NCBI GenBank assembly: GCA_013416795.1
Contig: RQSC01000028.1
Location: 995,568-1,059,567 of the forward strand
DNA from: Prasinococcaceae sp. CCMP 1430
Taxonomy: Eukaryota > Plantae > Prasinodermophyta
Direction of reading: 5' to 3'
Length of the DNA stretch: 64,000 nucleotides
Position numbers and translations under genes: made by a program. Below the pieces are notes generated by a model. That model worked only from the letters and a program-made list of their open reading frames with translations. It made no database searches and had not been told where the DNA came from. Positions 11,397 to 20,638 of this stretch are shown here, one piece after another. Each line of letters starts with the position of its first letter. The stretch's first letter is position 1.

Positions 11397-12134
11397 ATGG
11401 ACCTGGACGCGGAGGACAAAGACAACCTCAACACCAGCGGCCGACCCATCGTCAAAATGTGCGTTGCGCCGCGCGCCGGGCGCGCGCGCGCGCCCCCGTA
11501 GCAGGGGGCGGCAGCGCCGCAGCATGTTAGGGCTGGCGAGTAGGGTGGCGGCACGGAGGCTGCGCGCGCTCTGGGTGCCTAGGGGCCTTAGGACCAGGCA
11601 GATCCGCAGCATGCGGCGTCGGGGGGCTTGCGCGTGGATGCGTCGCGCGTTGCGCGCGGATGATGGTCGTGGGAAGCGCGCGTGCGCGTGTGCCGTTACC
11701 ACGGAGCATCCCCCGCGCGCTCCCTGGCTGGCACTAACGCGAGCGTTCCCCGCGGGCTGCATGATCGCCGTGCCTTTCTGCACACACCGTGCCCATGCAG
11801 GAGGTTCTGCCCGAATACAAACAACATCCTGTACCCGAAGGTCGACGCCGCGCAGAAGAAGCTTAAGTTCGCATGCCGCATCAGCGACTACGAAGAGGAG
11901 GTGCCGGAGAGCGAGTACTGCGTGAACCGCAAGATCGTCAACCATTCGATAGCCGAGCAGACGACGTTTGTGCACAACGTGCGCAACGACCCCACGCTGC
12001 CACGTACGCGAGACTCTGTGTGCCCGGCGTGCGGGGCGAAAGAGGCCGTGTACTTCTCCGTGTCGACCCCCGAGGGCATGCTGCTCAAGTTCCAGTGCGT
12101 CCCGTGTGGCAACCGCTGGAACGACAGCGTGTAG
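11397..12134 (+). CDS. RPB9: RNA polymerase II subunit RPB9; intron 11459-11800
   Basis: Spliced product MDLDAEDKDNLNTSGRPIVKMRFCPNTNNILYPK...DPTLPRT...CPACGAKEAVYF...CVPCGNRW matches the RPB9 NNILYPK, DPTLPRT and C-terminal ribbon motifs. Confidence 0.92.
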
Positions 12135-12380
12135 CGGCTTCTGGCGGAGTGGTAGGGGCGCAGCGTCGCGCGGGCGCGCCGGGCACACGACGCGCTTGCT
12201 TGGATAGACACACACACAAGTACTTAGCTCATTTGAGAAGTGATTCATAATAAGGACGTGCCAGGGGAGGCAGGTATCCAACGGCCAGCCCGTTCGCACG
12301 AGCGTCCGTTGCCCTCGCGTCCGACGCGGTCACATGCGAGACAGCGCAAGCTCGTGCGAGCAATATAGGCAGGCGTACAT

Positions 12381-13784
12381 TTACAATTCATCGCGCGCAA
12401 CGCTCGCGCTCACCTCACTCGCGGCGGATGTAGATGCTATCGAAGGCGTACCAGCTGCGTGCGTGCCCGGTGAGGCGTCGGGGAGCATCTGTGCCGGCCG
12501 CAGGTGGACCGCACGCGCGCTCACAAGCTGTGCCATGACGTTGGCCCACGCCACAGACGCCACATCGCCGTCTTCCGCGCGGAGCGGCAGTACTTGCCGC
12601 AGTCGTGCCGCCTCTGCAACCTCAGCGGACAAAACCTCCTCGAACGAACGCTCGCTCCGAGCGTACTCGGCGGGGCCTTTTCTCCCCGGCTCACCAGCAG
12701 GGTCGAGCGCGCGGGCGCCAGCCGCACCCGTACCCTTGCCCTTTGTGGTGTGCATATGCAGTCGCAGCCTGGCAAGATCTTCGAGGTCCTACGCGTGTAG
12801 AGAGGTGCGCGTGCGGGTGTACCCGCGGGCAAGCGAGTTAGCCAACATGCGCCAGCGAGTCGCGAGAGCACAACTAATCCAGCGCACGCAGGTCAAGGGC
12901 ACACACGCATCGCGCTGCACTCGCGTGCGAGTGCGCACCTGCAGCAGGCGGTGCTTCTCCTCGTGCTCGTCCTGTCGCTCTGCGTTTGCTGCTACACGGC
13001 GCACGCTCACTCGGCGCTCAAACACGTCCAGCGCTCCTTCCGCGTCCCCTGCCGCGAGCTTCGCCGCACCGACGACGCCGAGCGCCGGCGCTACGTCGGC
13101 ACCAAGCGTCTCGAGCACCTCGAGAGCTGCTGTTGCACGCTTTAGTGCCTCGGCGTGCTCGCCGAGCTCGAGATGCGCCACTGCGAGGTTGAGCACACTC
13201 GTCGCGTGCGCTGCGTGCCTCTTCCCGACCGCTCGCTCCCAGTGGCGCACCACGTCGATGTAGAGTGGCAGCGCGCCACGCAAGTCGCCTGCCGCTTGCT
13301 TGCTAAGCGCGAGGTTGTGCAGAGTGGTGACGTAGCCCACGTCACGCTCCGTGGCTCCCATGCGCCCATACACCTTCGCTGCCTCGCGGTAGATCTCGGC
13401 GGCGTCGGCGTGGCGACCGAGCGTGTAGTGCATGCCCGCCAAATTCGATGCAGCGGCGGCGGTCGCTGCGTGCGCCCCGCCGTGCACGCGCTGCGCGACC
13501 ACGAGCGCGAGCTTGTACAGTGGCAGCGCGTCGGCCAGCTCGCCCGTCTCGGCAGACGTGGCTGCCACCTGGTGCACGCGCCTCAGCCCCTCGGGCGTGA
13601 AGAGCGTCGCACGCTCGAACTCGCTCAGCCGCACAGCATCAAGCGTGGCCGCATCATCCCCAGTGCCCACCCCTTCCCCCCCCCGTCCTGCCGCGACGCC
13701 TGCCGCAGCCTCTGCAGCGGCAGCGATCGCGGCCGCGGCGGCCAGCAGCAGAGCTCCGAGCGCCGCCGCTGCGCGCCACCTCAT
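12381..13784 (-). CDS. TPR-repeat protein (kinesin-light-chain/NPHP3-type repeats) with a hydrophobic N-terminus; intron about 12789-12938
   Basis: Repeated TPR units ALPLYKLAL...HAATAAAASNLAGMHYTLGRHADAAEIY and TTLHNLALSKQAAGDLRGALPLY. The N-terminus resembles a signal peptide or anchor. Confidence 0.8.
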
Positions 13785-14074
13785 CGGGCTCGCGCCACCA
13801 CGAGCGCCGGGAGGGAACTGCCCTCGGTCCGCGAGCGCGCACGAGCCCGCGCTCGCGCGCGCGGGCGCGCAATTGGCGCCCTCGGGGAACAGACAGGTAT
13901 CGCAGCCGCGGCGCCGGCCGCGCCGCGCAGCACCATCTCATGGGGAGAGCTGGCGCCGACCGTCACTGTCAGCTCGGGAGGGGCTGCGTGGTATAAATCA
14001 TCCGCGCACACGATAAATGTACCAACGGGAGAGTCTTCGAGGTGTTTTTGAACGTCCCACAGCACATCCGACAA
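13781..14074 (-). CDS. Possible small ORF, or an upstream exon of the TPR gene
   Basis: Protein-like stretch DLSDVLWDVQKHLEDSPVGTFIVCADDLYHAAPPELTV. No ATG was resolved and no family recognised. Confidence 0.3.
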   Translation of the reverse strand: MSDVLWDVQKHLEDSPVGTFIVCADDLYHAAPPELTVTVGASSPHEMVLRGAAGAAAAIPVCSPRAPIARPRARARARARSRTEGSSLPALVVARAR

Positions 14075-14593
14075 ATCGTGCTTTGCTTTGCGTTTTGAGG
14101 TGCGCGCTGCGGCACGAGAGAGCGGGCGGGTGCTGGCTGGGCGGCCCAGAGCGCGCGCGCGCGCGCGGCGACCAGAGGGCTTTGCGGGGCGGGGGGCGGC
14201 GGGCCCAGCCCGGCAGTGGGCGAGGGCACGGACCGCAGCAGGCCCCCATCCGCTCGCTCCCCAGCCCGACGCCGCGCGCGCCGCTCCCGCCGTTCCCCCG
14301 GGCGCCCCCGCGGCCCGCCCACCGTCTCCGCGATGCCCGCATCTGCCTGAGGTACGTATGATATACCCACGGGAGCGTCAATCGCCATCAAAATGCAATG
14401 CGATGCGCGCGGCGCCGCCGCCCCCCCGCCCTCTCGCAGGTTCCGCCGCAGCAGTCAGTCACCCCCTCGCCGGCCGGCTTAACGCGCCCGGAAAACGCCC
14501 CGGAAAACGCTTCGGGTCCGCGGCCCGATCGATCGGCCGCGGAGGGGCGTTTCGTTCCGTTTTTTCGTCGCGGCGCGCGGCGCTCCGTCCGTT

Positions 14594-14644
14594 GATTGGT
14601 TGGTGGGAACCGACTCCAACAACCGAAGCGAGGCACCAACCAAT
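14594..14644. repeat. Inverted repeat with a 12-bp stem, inside a palindrome-rich intergenic block
   Basis: GATTGGTTGGTG near 14594 and its reverse complement CACCAACCAATC near 14633. Confidence 0.75.
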
Positions 14645-15215
14645 CGGTCGGTCCGACCGAGCAAACATCCGCCAATCCTCGGAAAGGAGGGGCCGGCCGA
14701 TCGCGCGATCGCTCGCGCGCCGGAACCCGCGGAATTCCCCAATTCCAATTCCACGACAATTCGGCGTTCGTCGCGGGACGCCGCGCGCGAGACCGGACCG
14801 GCCCACCAAATCTGCGCGCGCCGCGCGCGGAAAGGACGGCGAAGCGGACCCGCCGAAAAACCCGCGCGCGCCGACGCGGTTCGAGCCCGTAATGATACCC
14901 TTTTTTGCTTTCGAATTCACCTATTTCGCATGATTATTGTGGACCTCAACGCAATCCGTTCTTTTTTTTTCGAGGCGCGACGCAGTGCCGGTTGTGTCCG
15001 CGCGCGCCGGCGAAAGCGCGAAAGCGCGCGAAAGCGAAAGCGAAAGGACGCAAAGCTTTCCCGCCGCAAAGCGCCGCGGGCTGACCGACAGAGAGGGTCT
15101 GGACAAAGCACCCAAAAAAAAAAGCAGACGCAACCCCAACCAACCGAGCGAGCGCTCGGTCGGTCTCCGGACCGACCGACACGACCCGCCCAAACCCGGT
15201 CGGACGTCACGCGTG

Positions 15216-15224
15216 TTAGGGTTT
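15216..15224 (-). promoter_or_regulatory. Telo-box (AAACCCTAA) upstream of the LRR-hydrolase gene
   Basis: The plus strand reads TTAGGGTTT about 200 nt before ATG 15430. Telo-boxes are known promoter elements in plants; function here is inferred. Confidence 0.4.
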
Positions 15225-15429
15225 CATCGATGTTTTTTTAAGTCTCTTGCCCGCCCGCGCGGCGCGCGTCCGAGGGGCGGTCGCGCGCATTTTCCTATGT
15301 TTCGTCGCACGGCAGCGCGCCCTTCGAGGCGCCCACCTGCGAGCCCGCGAACCCTCCGGCGGAGTGCCGCGGCAGCGGCGGCGGCGGTGGGCCGCGCGTG
15401 CGCATGTGGCGCGCGGGGGCTGCGCCCCC

Positions 15430-17292
15430 ATGGACGCCGACGCTGCCCTCTCGACGGCGCTCGAACGCATCGAGGCCGCGCGCACGGGATCCGGTCGCAG
15501 TATCGACCTGAGTGGTCTCGGTCTGCGCTGGTTGCCCGAGGAGCTCTTCGACGCGCTGGGCGGAGAGTTGTCAATGCTGGAGGACATCTCGCTGGCCTCA
15601 AACGCGCTCACGGAGCTACCGGACCGCTTCGACGAGCTTCCCGGGCTAAAGCGCCTCGCACTCGCGGGAAACGCGCTCGCGGAGCTGCCGGGCTCGCTTT
15701 GCCGCTGTGCGCGCCTCGAAGGGCTGTGGGTGCACGGCAATGCGCTGCGCGCGCTGCCCGAGGACATCGGCCAGCTGCGAGCGCTCTCGCAATTGAGCTG
15801 CGCAGGCAACGAGCTCAGCACCCTGCCGGACTCTCTCGGCGAGCTGCGCGCACTGCGCTCGCTTTCGGTCGCTGGCAATCGCTTGCGAGCGCTGCCCGCC
15901 ACGCTCGGCAATCTGTCTTCGCTCGAGACACTCGAGGCGCACGGAAACGCGCTCGAGGCGCTGCCAGAGTCGGCGTCCAAGCTCTATGCTCTGCGCAGCC
16001 TCATGCTTCAGGGCAACGCGCTGGGCGGCCACGGCTGCCTTGATGCGCTCGGGGGCATGCGCGGGCTGGAGGTGCTCAACGTGGCGTCGAATGCGCGGCT
16101 GGAGGCGCTGCCATGCGGCGCCGCACTTTTGCCGCGGCTGGTGGAGGTCACTGCATATGGCACGGCGCTGTCGCGCCTGCCGGAGGGGATGCTCGTGCAG
16201 GACGGCGGAGCTGCTGACGCGAGGCGCCTCCGCGCGGTATGGCTGGAGGGCTCATCGCTCGACCCCTTTTGGACTGCGTCGGTGGCGAGCGCTTCGGTTC
16301 AGTCGCGCGTGGGCGCCGTCACGCTCGGGCTCGACGAAGATCAGTGGGAGGCCGCGGCGGCGGTGCTGCAGCGAGAGGCGGGAATGAGTGGCGTAGCGCC
16401 GGCAGCGCGTGGCTCGCACGTGCGAGTGTGCGCTATCCTCGGCCACGATGCGGCGACGCGCCGCGCGGCCGCTGCCGCCGGATATTTCAAGCTCGAACGG
16501 GGCGCCGGCGCGACGGACAGCGATGCGGAGCCACCCTCGCGGCGCGCTCTCGTGGTGGCGCTGGGAAGTGCGCCCGGCACGCCCAACTGGGCGGGCGCGC
16601 TGTCGCGCGCGCGAGTGGCAATGGAAATCGGCGCGTCCGTGTCTTGGGATGTTTGCTACGCAGTGGATGCGCGCCGCGACTGGTACCGCGCGGAGGAGTT
16701 TGCGACTTTTTTAGCCGAGGCGACGGACGCCTACGCGCGCGTGGTGCTGCTGGGCGACTCGATGGGCGGCAGCGGTGCGCTACTGCTTGCGCCGGCGGCC
16801 ACGCGCGTGCTAGCATTCACGCCGCAGGTGGACCTGCTCAGCAGCGCACTGCGTCCCGGGGGTGGCGACCGCTCGGGCGACGCGGAGAGGGCCTACGCAG
16901 AACGCATGCTAGGGGCACTGCGCGTCGCGGGGGAGCGCGGGACGCTCGTGGACGTGCACACGGGCAACTGGCAGAACGACCTCGCGCAGGCCGATGCGGC
17001 GGGCAGCGCGGGTGACCATGTGGACGTGGTTGTACACCCTTACAATTCACACCGCGTAGCGAAGGTACGTGAGCGCGAGCAAGCGCGAGCAAGCGCGAGC
17101 GCGAGTGCAAGCGCGCGCGAGCGTGTGAGCGCGAGCGCGCAAACTCGCCTCAGCTCTGACGGACGCGATGTGCGTCTGCCGCCGCGTTCGTAGGCACTGC
17201 TGGACAACAGCCAGCAGCTCGTCCAGATCCTCTGCGAAGCCATCGGTGACGAGGTCGCCGCCGCGCAGGGCACAGGCGTGCCTGCGTGGTGA
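15430..17292 (+). CDS. Leucine-rich-repeat protein fused to a C-terminal alpha/beta-hydrolase domain; intron 17065-17193
   Basis: About 9 LxxLxLxxNxLxxLP repeats, then VVALGSAPG, the nucleophile elbow LLGDSMGG, FTPQVDL and a HPYNSHRVAK segment. The last exon is ALLDNSQQL...AW*. Confidence 0.85.
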
Positions 17293-17622
17293 GCTCAGAC
17301 GCGTGGGCAGCCATCGCGTGTTCGCTCGGATTCTCATGAGCTGTAGCAGAGAGAGTTTGATGGAGCGCACCCAACAGCGCGAGCGCGAGCCCAGTGCCTG
17401 TAATATTGGGCTTGTAGCACGCGTTCGCAGTACGCACACATACGAGGCGACGGGCACATGTGCAAGGCGTGCAAATGATGCAGTTACACCGTCACCGAGA
17501 AAGCACTCACTTAGTCTCCGAGGTCGCACAGACTAAGCCCCGTGGTGCGTGGTGCCCCCCCCCCAATCTTAGTGGCCCATGCGAGTCAGAGAATGGGGCC
17601 TCTCGCGTAAGCTGCTCCCGCT

Positions 17623-18351
17623 CTAGACAACATGGAACGCGAAAAGGCTGAGCATGATCAGCGCAATGACGAGCATGATGACCAGCAAGAGCGTCCAATT
17701 GGACGTCGCTTTGGACATGAGATTTTTGAGTCGACGCTGTGCGCGCTTGAGTGTGTACTGTGTCGCCTCGGCGTCGCGGTCGAGGTCATCGAGCAGCGCG
17801 TTGTGGACGTCGAGCTCCTCGTTCACCGCGAGGGCGATGTGGCGCGTCGAGCCAACAATTCTGCTCAGCTCATCTAGCTGTCCATCTTGCTCCGCCATGA
17901 CCTGCTCCTGCATCGCCAGAAGACCCTGGTTGTCGAGACCGGCGGTGCGCTCCGTCTCCTCCGCGGGCCCGCTGCTGAGCGAGCTGCTGCCGCCCACGAG
18001 GGCGTCGCGATCCCCTCCCCCGCCGCCGTTGCGAGGGCGGGCGATGAGGCCGCCAAGCGCGTCCGCCCGCGCACGCATGCGCTCAACCATGTCGGCTCGT
18101 CGCTGCAGTTCACGTTCCGTGCACGCACCGGCGAGGCGTGGCGAGCGCAGGGCCGCCGCGAGGGCGTCGAGGCGCGCTCGCAGCGCATTGCACCGACGCC
18201 TCGCCTGCGACGCAAGTTTGGCGGCCTGCTGCTCATCGTTCGCCGCCAGCGCAGAGCTACGCTGGCCTAGAGCAGCATTCGCCTCGGCTTCCAGGGCCTT
18301 TGCTTCGTCCAAGTCACGAAGCCACGCCTGCGCGGCGTCCTGCGACGACAT
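17623..18351 (-). CDS. SYP51: Qc-SNARE syntaxin SYP5 (SYP51/52, syntaxin-8-like)
   Basis: N-terminal WLRDLDEA helix; SNARE motif QEQVMAEQDGQLDELSRIVGSTRHIALAVNEELDVHNALLDDLD; C-terminal TM helix. Confidence 0.92.
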   Translation of the reverse strand: MSSQDAAQAWLRDLDEAKALEAEANAALGQRSSALAANDEQQAAKLASQARRRCNALRARLDALAAALRSPRLAGACTERELQRRADMVERMRARADALGGLIARPRNGGGGGDRDALVGGSSSLSSGPAEETERTAGLDNQGLLAMQEQVMAEQDGQLDELSRIVGSTRHIALAVNEELDVHNALLDDLDRDAEATQYTLKRAQRRLKNLMSKATSNWTLLLVIMLVIALIMLSLFAFHVV

Positions 18352-18359
18352 GGTCGGTG

Positions 18360-18800
18360 CTACAGTCGCTCCTTCACCGACTTCGGACCGTGCGCAGCTT
18401 CCACGACCGTGCCAGTCGCAGCCGAACCCTTCGGCGTCTCGTAGACTACGGTCCCGTCAAGCGGAATCGTCTATCCAAAGGCGCCCAGCAGCGCGCACGC
18501 GGGCGCGACAGGCGCGGCGCAGGCAGGAGACAAGAACCAGAAAGCGACAGCGGGGAGCGCGCCGGTCAGACACGCCATGCATCTCCGCTCGCGGCACGGA
18601 TCTACGCACAAAAAAAAGAGCGCGCGCCGCGTTTCCTTGCGCGCAGCACGCGCACGGTCCTGCCAGCCCGCGGCGGCGACCCCTTCCACCCGTCCCGCGC
18701 GCGCCCGCGCGCCACCCACCAGGTCGGGCTTGTACACCTGGTGCACCACCGCCGCCCCGCTCAGCAGCGAGCCCAGCGCGACCGCGTACGCGCGCAACAT
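18360..18800 (-). CDS. 63-aa mitochondrial-type microprotein, BRAWNIN/UQCC6 (DUF4516)-like; exons 18720-18800 and 18360-18470
   Basis: Spliced MLRAYAVALGSLLSGAAVVHQVYKPDL|TIPLDGTVVYETPKGSAATGTVVEAAHGPKSVKERL*. The hydrophobic helix followed by VVHxxYKPDLTIP matches the BRAWNIN signature. The intron is GT-AG, phase 0. This gene is absent from the supplied ORF track. Confidence 0.8.
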
Positions 18801-19191
18801 GCTCACGCAGTGGCCCCCGCCCCGCACCACACAGACGTGTACACCACCCCCGCGCAGACCGACGGCCCGTGCGCGCGCGTGCTTCCGCGGCGGCGCGCAT
18901 CGCCAAAGGTCAAAACGCATTGATGCACTGCGTCCAGTCAAAACGCATGGATGCACGAAGGCCAGGGAGACCTCGGGTGCCCGCGCGGAGGCGCGCGCGA
19001 AATCGCGCAGAGGCGGTACAAAAACCGGCGGAGGCGCGCGCGCCACTGCGTGCACGTGGGACGCGGCGGGTCGAGGACGCGACGGCCCCGTTTCCCCCTC
19101 GGCACTCGATCCCGTCGGTCTCGGCGGCGGAAAGCGCCGGGTCGGTTCCGTGCAGCACGGGAGGGTGGCGGCGCGAGCGGCGCCCGGGGCG

Positions 19192-20331
19192 ATGGCGCGC
19201 CCCAAGCGCAGTGCGGCGGCAGCGGCGCGGGAGGGGATCGCGGAGGCGTCGGCAGCGGCGGCGGCGGCCGAGGAGGGCGAGCCCTCGTCGCCCAAGGCCA
19301 CGGCCGAGGAGAGCGACTTCGAGGCCGAGGACGATGACGATGAGGAAGAGGAAGATATGGACGACGAGGCGAGCGACGAGGATGGCGACTTCGAGGATGA
19401 CGCGCCACCAAAGAAGAAGGCGAAGAAAGCGGCGCCAAACGGCAAAAACAAAGTTGGACCGAAGAAAGCCGCCGCCGCAGCTACTGCAGCGACGAGGGCC
19501 GCACCGGCCAAAGCAGCGCCAAAGGCCAAAGCTAAGGCTGCTCCAAAAGCGAAGCCCGCCGGGAAGGGGAAAGCGACGACAAAGGCGGCGTCGCCGGAGG
19601 CCACCTACACGCTGGTGCAAGAGCTGCTGGAGTCAGGGAACCGACCGTACAACGTTCAGATCTGCATTGACATGCTCCAGTCGAAGGGCGGCAAGAAGGC
19701 GGCCATCGAGAAGGCGCTTGCCAAGCTGGTCGCTGAGGGGCGCGCGAACCTCAAGGAGTATGGCAAAGCGAAGGTGTACCTCGCGGCTCAGCCCGACAAT
19801 GTCCTCTCGGAGGAGGAGATCGTAGCTTTGCGCGCGGAGGTGAGCGAGGCCGAGAAGGTCGCCACCGTGGCCGCTGCCGACGCGAAATCGGCTGCAAACG
19901 CGGAGCGGGCCCTCCACGCCGAGCCGACGGACGCCGAACTTGCGCAGCAGCTGGAGGCGATTAGGGAGCGCGTGAACAGCAACGAAGAGAAGCTGGCGAG
20001 CCTCCGCGCGACAGGCGAGAAAATCGACCTCGAGGACATGTCCAAGGAGACGAAAGCGACCGCAGCCGCTGTCGCTGAGTGGAAAAAGCGTCGCCGCATG
20101 TTCCTCGACGTCGAGGGTTTTCTTCTAGACGCCGCTGCCGAGGGTGGGCTAACGAAACAGAAGTTGCGTGAGGACGCTGACATCGAGGACGACGAGATGC
20201 ACGGCGTGGACTGCAAGGCGGCCGAGGCCATGATCAAGACGCACGAGGCCAAGACGAAGGCGGCCGTGCGCGGTACCGGTGCTCCCGCTGAGGGTCGCCT
20301 CAACCAGCGCATGGGATTTTTGCGCAGGTAG
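19192..20331 (+). CDS. HOP2: HOP2/TBPIP meiotic recombination factor with a long charged N-terminal extension
   Basis: Winged-helix motif LLESGNRPYNVQ...KAAIEKALAKLVAEGRANLKEYGKAKVYLAAQ, a coiled coil, and C-terminal EWKKRRRMF...ADIEDD. Confidence 0.85.
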   Translation: MARPKRSAAAAAREGIAEASAAAAAAEEGEPSSPKATAEESDFEAEDDDDEEEEDMDDEASDEDGDFEDDAPPKKKAKKAAPNGKNKVGPKKAAAAATAATRAAPAKAAPKAKAKAAPKAKPAGKGKATTKAASPEATYTLVQELLESGNRPYNVQICIDMLQSKGGKKAAIEKALAKLVAEGRANLKEYGKAKVYLAAQPDNVLSEEEIVALRAEVSEAEKVATVAAADAKSAANAERALHAEPTDAELAQQLEAIRERVNSNEEKLASLRATGEKIDLEDMSKETKATAAAVAEWKKRRRMFLDVEGFLLDAAAEGGLTKQKLREDADIEDDEMHGVDCKAAEAMIKTHEAKTKAAVRGTGAPAEGRLNQRMGFLRR

Positions 20332-20638
20332 GTGCAGCGCTATGCCTGCTGCTGGCATCAAGTCCTGCGAGAGATGCCGCGATTGGACGGCGAGCGATAG
20401 CGATGCAGTGCGAGGACCAACGATTGCGGTGCGCTCTGCGCACTCGCTGCCACATACTCGCGCCGTCAGGCTTCGGTTCAGACATGCTCGTAGGAACCTC
20501 CTGAAGTATCGCCACTCATACAACGAAGCGGATGAGGCGGAGGAGACGCAGCGCTGACGCCAGCCCATAATAGGACGCCACGAGCGGTCGGCGTTCACCA
20601 TGATAATGAATTAATGATTTGTGATGCGGCGCGCTGAA

